A DNA stretch of 64,000 bases, from contig CM082589.2 in the NCBI GenBank assembly GCA_040954595.2, positions 2,163,498 to 2,227,497 on the forward strand, given 5' to 3'. The notes beneath the pieces are model-generated. The model did no database searches and had not been told where the DNA came from. It worked only from the letters and a program-made list of their open reading frames with translations. Shown piece after piece: positions 56,809-64,000 of the stretch (its first letter is position 1; each line of letters starts with the position of its first letter). A program made the position numbers and the translations under genes. The DNA comes from Balanoglossus misakiensis (taxonomy: Eukaryota; Animalia; Hemichordata).

Positions 56809-56831
56809 TGTCCGTTGTCCGTTGTCCGTTG
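56809..56831 (+). repeat. (TGTCCGT)3 heptamer tandem repeat
   Basis: tgtccgt tgtccgt tgtccgt tg. Confidence 0.9.
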
Positions 56832-57860
56832 ATTTTGCGGACTTAATTAAGAATTAGTTCAGGATGTGTATTTCCGGTATGTGGAGGAACTTCACTATTG
56901 GCCTTGAACACGCGAATGGAAATGGTTTCGCATTAGTATTGAAAAAGCAATGAAGCTGCAAAGCCACCTCTCATTTCTGAGACATCCTTTGAGGCTGCTA
57001 ATTACTCCTTCGAGGGTGATTACATCCTCGTTTCAAGAACGTGTAACGATTTTGTCAGTTAACCTCACTTAACGTGGAAGGAAAGTGGGTCATCGACCGC
57101 CATTGATCGTGTGCATCATGCCATGTGTGGTGACAGAGTCTAACAAAATTTATAAACTTCTGTAAGATCATGGGGACTGCGTTGTTTGTCATGTATCACG
57201 TGGGAACGGCTATTCTTAACATTCTAATGCAAGGGGTACTGTCTGGACAGTTGAATGCGATTATCAAGGAAATAAAATGGATGAAACGTGACAAACTACT
57301 CAAACGGGCAATAAAACTCTCCGAAGTGTGTTGAACAGATCACGTTCTCATAAAACCAGCTTCCAGACAGCTACTTTGTGTAGTCAGGGATTCGAAGGAG
57401 ATTTTCCCGTGAACGTCGGCTGCCATGGAAATGCTTCGCTCGAATATTCGCGGCTGTGGTGGATACCCGTTGCGCTTCGTCGTCAGGAACGAGTTCGAGT
57501 ACAGCGCAGCCAGCGACAGAGTTGGAAAAGGGGGAATTCTTTCGAAGAAAATGATGTAGGCATACATGTAGGTGGCGCCATCATACACGAGTACACTGCT
57601 TCTTTTTTAGTATCTCTATGTTCACAGCTACTCACATATTGTAGCGGATCAAGTCGAAGCCCAGCCAGGAAGTGACTGTGAAAATGTGTCTATCGTAGGC
57701 GCTGACTGTGGTACTTATACAGTTCAATAATTTTACTTTTATGTGTGTTTGTGATTAAATAAATAATTTTGAATTCTCGCCAATCGACCAGCTCGCACAC
57801 CAAGCCCAGTACACTTCACTCATGAGAAATACACAGCTCACTGATCTTGCCATGCAACCA

Positions 57861-57866
57861 TTTATT
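57861..57866 (-). promoter_or_regulatory. Candidate polyadenylation signal (AATAAA) of the GPCR gene
   Basis: tttatt on + at 57861-57866 is the first AATAAA I noticed on the minus strand downstream of the stop codon (~670 nt 3' UTR). Supported by position only. Confidence 0.3.
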
Positions 57867-58530
57867 ACAGAAATATAAATGAATGGGTGACTCGACAATG
57901 CAAGGGAAAAACCCTCAGTACAAAACAATTCTACAAAAATGAACATTTCAACGTGTTCGTTTTCCGTCATACAAAAGAGTTGCGACATCAAAATTAAGTC
58001 TCGAATCAAAAGAACACACAAATAATTTATGCTTTGGCCTTATAACGTACCCAGTTCGATAAATAATCTGTAAACAATACCCACATTCACAGTAAAACGA
58101 TCTAGTTACTTTACAAAGTAAAAAGTGTCTACAGAAACTCACCCAATTGCAAGGCCAGATGTAGTTTTAGCGAGGGAGGAGGAGACGTCCAAATTTGTGG
58201 CTTCTACCCTGCACCGCCGCCACGTTCACGACAGGGCGGTGTGTTTGTTTGTGAGATCACTGAACGTTCAACGTGGCACACAGGTGACAGAAATGGGAAA
58301 CTTGTTCATTGTAGGCAACAGGTGAGTACGGACACATCGCATGTGAGAGTAAACAGGTGTTGACAACGCGCCAGTGCACGTGGACCAATAGAATTGGGGT
58401 ACAATTGCCGCCTCTGAATTAATCTAATGAGAGCGTACAGGTGTGAAAACAGTATGATTAAACAAAAAATTACTTGTACATCTATTTTTTTTCAACGGTC
58501 ACATATGTGACTTAGAGGTGATATGGTCCT

Positions 58531-59592
58531 CTAAGCGCGGGTGCTGCCGTTTCTCACAGACGAGCCTGCGGTTATGCTTACTACCCCACTGCGATGCTGG
58601 GACGATATCATTTTTCCTACTCCGTCCCTAAACCCTTTATATTTTAACGAATATATGATCGGATTCACACACACGTTGCACATGCACAAAGTGGTTGATA
58701 CCATGTAGAAAGTGTCTTCGAACGTCATCGGTCGACCAAAAACGTACATCAGGTTATAAATGGTCATTGGGGCCCAGCACACAATGAAACTGAAAAACAC
58801 GATACAGAGCATTTTGAAAACACTTCGACTTGCTTTTAGCCGCTTGGCGCTCAGGTTGTTCTGAGCAGCCACCATGTTTGAGCTGATCGTTCGCACCGAA
58901 TCGCTTGGGGCGACGGCCGTTCGATTCGCAAGACACTGAAACATTTGCACGTACGCATAAGTCATTATACCCAAAGGTGCCATGACTTGGAGGAAAGTAT
59001 CGACGAACAGGACACTCCTCGACGTCACCTCACCCCCAGCTAGTTCGCAATGGTCGTCTGAGTTCCTACTGAGTACAAACCAGGACGACGTGTAACAACA
59101 TGAAAACACCCATTCCAGTGCGAATATTTTGTATGCCAACCGAATTGAGAACTTGCCCCTGTGCAGGAAGGGATGCACAATTCCCAAGTACCGCTCCACC
59201 GAGAGAGCAGTGAGATTCAACGAGGACACCAGAACAGGAGTCCACAAAAAGTACTCCGACCAGAACAGTTTGCAGAACAGTGTCGCAGACAAACTGTTCG
59301 GGGCCACGGGGAATCTCGGAACGACGTTGTTGAAAATGAAAACAACTGTTCCCAACAAGTCGACCACAGATTGATGTAAAATAAAACAGTTCGCCACCGC
59401 ATACGACGGGTGAAATAGCCGGGTTCTTGCCAACACAACAATGACAAGAGTATTGCCCGCTAGACCTAGTACACACACCGTTATGAAGCAAGCATACAGC
59501 CACAGTGGAATATCCCTAAAAGACCAAAAACTGTATTCATAATCATTGGGGATAGACTCTGTGCCACTCGCCGAGTAAACATTTCCATCCAT
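58531..59592 (-). CDS. Class A (rhodopsin-like) 7TM G protein-coupled receptor, orphan; loosely of the 'galanin/allatostatin-A receptor-like' type; 353 aa, uninterrupted CDS
   Basis: The translation has seven hydrophobic segments with class A motifs in order: TM1 GLAGN (N1.50), TM2 HQSVVD (D2.50), TM3 Cys...SSLNLTALSVERY (E/DRY), TM4 W (ALEWVF), an ECL2 Cys (DDHCE), TM5 APLGIMTYAY, TM6 FIVCWAP (CWxP), TM7 NVCVNPIIY (NPxxY) and helix 8 KGFRDGV. The ORF-track start (59643) is a non-ATG codon upstream of a polypyrimidine acceptor (tttgtattttttaccgcAG). The first ATG is at 59592 (ggcATGg, good Kozak context). Stop TAG at 58531-58533. Confidence 0.95.
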   Translation of the reverse strand: MDGNVYSASGTESIPNDYEYSFWSFRDIPLWLYACFITVCVLGLAGNTLVIVVLARTRLFHPSYAVANCFILHQSVVDLLGTVVFIFNNVVPRFPVAPNSLSATLFCKLFWSEYFLWTPVLVSSLNLTALSVERYLGIVHPFLHRGKFSIRLAYKIFALEWVFSCCYTSSWFVLSRNSDDHCELAGGEVTSRSVLFVDTFLQVMAPLGIMTYAYVQMFQCLANRTAVAPSDSVRTISSNMVAAQNNLSAKRLKASRSVFKMLCIVFFSFIVCWAPMTIYNLMYVFGRPMTFEDTFYMVSTTLCMCNVCVNPIIYSLKYKGFRDGVGKMISSQHRSGVVSITAGSSVRNGSTRA

Positions 59593-59603
59593 GCCTGATA
59601 ACT

Positions 59604-59625
59604 CTGCGGTAAAAAATACAAATGG
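59604..59625 (-). other. 3' splice acceptor just upstream of the GPCR coding exon
   Basis: The minus strand reads ccatttgtattttttaccgcAG|agttatcaggcATG, with AG at 59605-59604, 11 nt before the ATG. An intron in the 5' UTR is a common layout for GPCRs with an uninterrupted CDS. Confidence 0.7.
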
Positions 59626-62600
59626 TGGACTATGTTCTAACAATATGACGATGCATCAAATTGTCTGCAATCAGTGTACGTGACGTAGTGAGTGACCACA
59701 GGCTTGACAGTTCCAGGTCTTCCCGTTGGTGGTTGCAAGGTCCTACTTCGGCCAGGCCAAACAGTAATCTCTCTCAGCAAGGTGGATCTCTCGGTGGCTG
59801 TGGTGAATATAAAAATAAGACGAACTGCGGCATTATTCTCGATTTTTGCTCAAAATGTTATATTGTAGTTCGGAAGTTGATGCCATCTTCTCAATACTGA
59901 TCCCAACACTTCTGACAACGGATTTTGCTTCCGTTGATTTACGCACGTGTTCATATGGCGACAGTAATATATCTACCTGTAGCTTCGGGCGATTGCCACA
60001 AAGGAAATGGATTTTTCAGTTATGTAATACTGCTATGATCATGGATATTCTTGACAAGACACGTATGGGTAAACCATGAAAGGAACTGATGAATATCTCT
60101 TTATAAATACAGCAATATAAGAAGGACCACTCAATTATAGTCAGTGATACGATACAAGCTCAACATGGTTGAGGTGGAGATCAGTATATCAAGTGAATCC
60201 ACGGCGATGGAACCCCGCCCGTCACTTCGACCGACTCGTGCCTGTCAATGTTCTTCTCTGTTTGGAATCAAACATATTAAAAAATTTGTCCTGAAATAAT
60301 AAAGTAATGTTTTTTTACTGTACCTCGAACAGCAAGGGTGGACAGGAAAGACTTGAACGCCGATCAGTGTCCTTGACAGGTTGTCGACTTCAACGGAGGT
60401 AACCCTGAAAAAAATATATTACAACCATTTTTAATTTTTTCTACGATTGTCGGTTTCTCAACTTGACGCTGAACTCAGAATTTCACGAATTAATGGACGT
60501 GATATCTTTAATTTGTACAATGGCCTGGGATCGTTTGCTTCAAATGCTGGCGTGGAGATAGGTACATTCGGTGCATTATATACAGTCGCGACATATTGTT
60601 TTTGCGTTGAAAATTCCCAATGTTCCAGATTGACGCCACAATAATCTAAAACTTGCGGAATAAACTCTAATGTATGCATAAATACCACGACTAATTTTTC
60701 AGAGACAGTACTACGCATAAACCAAGTCCATATATTTTCCGCGCTGCTTCTGTTTACATTGTGTTCAGGGAGACAATACAAAACACGGATTCGTTATATT
60801 TACGACACCGCAGGCGACAACAGATGTATATAAAAAATGTAGGTATAGCGTTGATCCCTGCGTTTTACGGAAAGCGTCCAAACGACTTGTTGGCGATATA
60901 GAAGCGGATGTCAACTGAGACATTTTGTAGTGTTCTAGCTAAACGTACATTAATGTAATGCACTATCCTAAAAACGACACATGTAATGCGCACATGTGAA
61001 ATGAATAGACATAGGAAATAGCTTTCCGGAGTGCGACTATATTTTGAATTAAAAAATATTTGTAGCTTGGTGATACATGTAATACTTGGGAGGGACTCGC
61101 TATCACCGAATCAAAGCATTTGATACGAAAGAAGATTGTAAAAAATCAAGAAAACCAACCTGTACTTGTTGAATTCGCTGATGGAATATATTGTTTCGAT
61201 CACACAATAGCAATGAAAGCGTGGTTCAGAATGATCTGTCGCAGCGATGACAAGTGTGTTATCAGTCCTTAATGACACAGCCTATTTTGTTCCAAACCGT
61301 AGTGCGTTGTAGTCATGGCAACAGGAAGAGGATGCGCGCCAGCGTGCATTTTGAGAGCACCAATCAACTTACAGCACAGTTAGCAGAATTGCCTTTCAGC
61401 CAACCACATCCATGGGGTAGGAAAATTTGAAAAATGAATATTTCAGCATTTGCCAGAAGCACACTGGTCCAATTGCCAACACTCGGACTATAATCATGCC
61501 AAACCCAATGTAATACTAGTATAAGACAGAATCATCTACCACTGTCTAATGAATCACAGCAGTTATCCAAAAACCCAATTGACGTTCAAATCTACATCCT
61601 ACATCTGATTTGAGTCAAATTGCAGTTGTGAGTTACATCCCAAGAGTTTCATTCGTTGGTAATTGTCTTGATTTAATTGATTTCTTTGTTAAAGGCGACC
61701 CTTTAGCGATGGACAAGCTCTAGATCTGCCTTGTCTCCCCCCCCCCCCCCCCATCCTGAGCGTGCGCCGATGAAATCAGTACCTCTTGTTGTACATGTGT
61801 AGGCCTACGTTCCAAGTATACTACAAGACGTTTTGGTTTCGCCATCTGCACTTCCTAGTCTGCGTCCCTGTAATACATCTACGTCATTCAAGCATGTTAA
61901 ATTTAATTGACCTTAATATTTGCTTGTTATGTGATAATTGTCATTCACAGATCTCCCTAAATTGGACTATGAAAGAGCTTGAATATAAATTGATTTTAAT
62001 GGGATAATTAAGCCATTGCAGACAAATGTCTAGGTAGGTCTGTATACTGACTCCCTAACTTTCCCGAATTAAACATGGCTTGTGACATTTCCTTAAATTG
62101 GAATACAATTTTGAGTGATAATTTAAATATCAAATGACTTCTATAAATCGTTTGCAATTTATTGAAAATAAGTTTAGACTTTCAATACGACATTTGGGAG
62201 CATATCGATCGTGTACGTAAAATCGTTTCAGGTATCAAGACCTACCCTAGTTCAAACCCTATTATCTTGTCTCCACTTGACTTAATAATCACGCGAAATT
62301 ACATATATGTTTGTTATTTGCCACTCGAGCGGTTTCCGTAAGGCGCCACGAGCGGTCATTTCACCTGTACGTTGCTGCATGGTGGCGCTGTGGTCGTGCA
62401 ATGAAAACCATCCACCGCAAAAGTCAAAATTGGTCACACAGTTCCGAAGCAAAGGCTAATAAAGTAACTGTTTCCATAGCTGACTCTCTTATCACAAAAG
62501 TCACGGACTGAATTCCTCTTAGACAGTTTATACTGACAGGCCTTACTTTTTTATCGCCATTAGCGGTCGGTTCAACAACAATGTATTGTCACCAACCGAC

Positions 62601-62954
62601 ATTGAAAACGTTACGCAATTTTTTGCCGTGTCACCGTGATAACCGTGCCGTGATCTACATTCATTCGGAGTCACAATTCAAGTCTGGCAAATCCCTTCGA
62701 AGGACAATACATTGTTGTTCAATAGCTTCCTGGTATTGTGATGCGTTTTCGCGAAGCAAGAAAAGAGAGTAATGGGAAACGTGTCCAAGCATGTCCTGGA
62801 TTTCTGTTACCTGGGTAGAGGTATTGAATTGAAGGGTCCTGGGACTGTACACAGAAACATCTATAAATATTTCAGGGCCGGCACCGGATTTCCGAATGTA
62901 AATAAATCATGTATGACCGATCTGGAAGACGTCAGGTTGTAATGCCTCAGAAAT

Positions 62955-62983
62955 AACAACAACAACAACAACAACAACAACAA
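62955..62983 (+). repeat. (AAC)n microsatellite, 9 full units plus AA
   Basis: aacaacaacaacaacaacaacaacaacaa read directly. Confidence 0.95.
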
Positions 62984-63221
62984 AGATGATGGTGATGACG
63001 TTGACCTTCAAGCTTCTGTCGTGTTGTTTTTACAGGCCATTGGTAATGCCAGATCTATTTGCCATATGGACGCTCACATACCACTCTAAGGCTCAGACGT
63101 ATAAACCGTTGAGTGAATCGAAGCAACACCAAGGTTATCGTCTGTCTGGTATGGTAATGAATTTGTGCGTTTGAAGTCCTGTCCAATACCTTTGAACTAC
63201 GGCCAAGATTACACAGCCCAT

Positions 63222-63283
63222 CGCAACGCAACGCAACGCAACACACAGCAACACAGCAGAGCAAAGCACAACTGAACTGAGCC
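63222..63283 (+). repeat. (CGCAA)4 pentamer repeat followed by degenerate pentamer-like units
   Basis: cgcaacgcaacgcaacgcaa (63222-63241), then cacacagcaacacagcagagcaaagcacaactgaactgagcc. Confidence 0.85.
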
Positions 63284-64000
63284 AATGTCATCACTTCCAC
63301 TGATGCGCTCATACTGACTACGCAAGTCACGGTTGTGAAGGCATCCGGCCAACCCTTATTGGTTGCTACCACTCCCCACTTTTTCCAAGCGCCTATGCGA
63401 TTCAAAGAAAAAAAGGCCAAACGATCAATACGTTTACAACATTTTGAGGTTTTCAAAACACCTTTTGAGTAGTGCTGTAAACAATTTCCGGGTCGTGTCT
63501 TACGCCATGCTTGGTCGTCATCACTTCAACTGGGCTTTAACAAGCATGGCGGGCGGAGGTCGTGACCTGTCACCCACAATTCAGCGTGCCTTGACCCCAT
63601 CCTGTTTTGCTAAACTGTCCTGGTTCTGCAGTGGAAAGTACGTAAGAGAGCCTCGGGCCATGACAACCACAACACGGTTTACCGATGGATATGTTTTATG
63701 ACTTCAGATGAAATTTACGGCCCTGCTTTTTCCGCCGCTCTCGTCTTTCAACACAAACAAAACTAGCGGCGCGGTAAATATCGGAGTGCTTTCGGACGGT
63801 CTCCCTCATCGGAAATCGCGATAATTAGTCATCCTTAATGAGCCAAGTGTCCCTGATCATAATTGTTATGATCAAGTACACCTTGAAAAATGTACACATT
63901 TTCACCACGTACCACACGTCAGGTGTTTACCTGTCCATGCCTTGATGAAGTATTTGAAAAGAACTATTTTGCAGTTGTCAAAGAAATAGTTACCGATGAA

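Noticed and set aside
58754-59503. Short ORFs overlapping the GPCR in other frames and on the opposite strand (60-145 aa)
   Set aside because: Shadow ORFs of a relatively GC-rich coding region, with no recognisable motifs.
59593-59643. ORF-track N-terminal extension MLEHSPPFVFFTAELSG
   Set aside because: It starts at a non-ATG codon and runs through a polypyrimidine tract and acceptor AG. Most of it is best read as intron.
62873-63725. CAGGGCCG...CGGCCCTG as possible hAT termini
   Set aside because: Only an 8-bp inverted match and no 8-bp target-site duplication.
1-64000. tRNA, rRNA, snRNA genes, CRISPR arrays or prokaryote-type operons
   Set aside because: By eye I found no cloverleaf with A/B boxes, no U-snRNA or rRNA signature and no regularly spaced repeat array. 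Coding density is that of animal intergenic or intronic DNA.

Overview
Gene-poor, AT-rich eukaryotic DNA with no obvious CpG depletion (judged by eye, not computed), most likely from an invertebrate animal. The GPCR subfamily and repeat types suggest an ambulacrarian (hemichordate or echinoderm), but that is inference. One intact protein-coding region is supported: a class A (rhodopsin-family) orphan GPCR on the minus strand whose CDS is uninterrupted. Its true start is probably the ATG at 59592, just after a splice acceptor, not the ORF-track start at 59643. The ORF track misses a decayed, internally deleted piggyBac transposon (TTAA|CCC...GGG|TTAA, 42746-44323) with a recognisable transposase pseudogene. 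Also present are a TTAA-type (Kolobok-like) MITE with 20-bp perfect inverted repeats, two related TA-flanked CTGTAAA MITEs, microsatellites and several candidate spliced exons or regulatory patches. The other short ORFs look like noise. I found no convincing evidence for a new multi-component biological system; the findings are mostly low to moderate leads.
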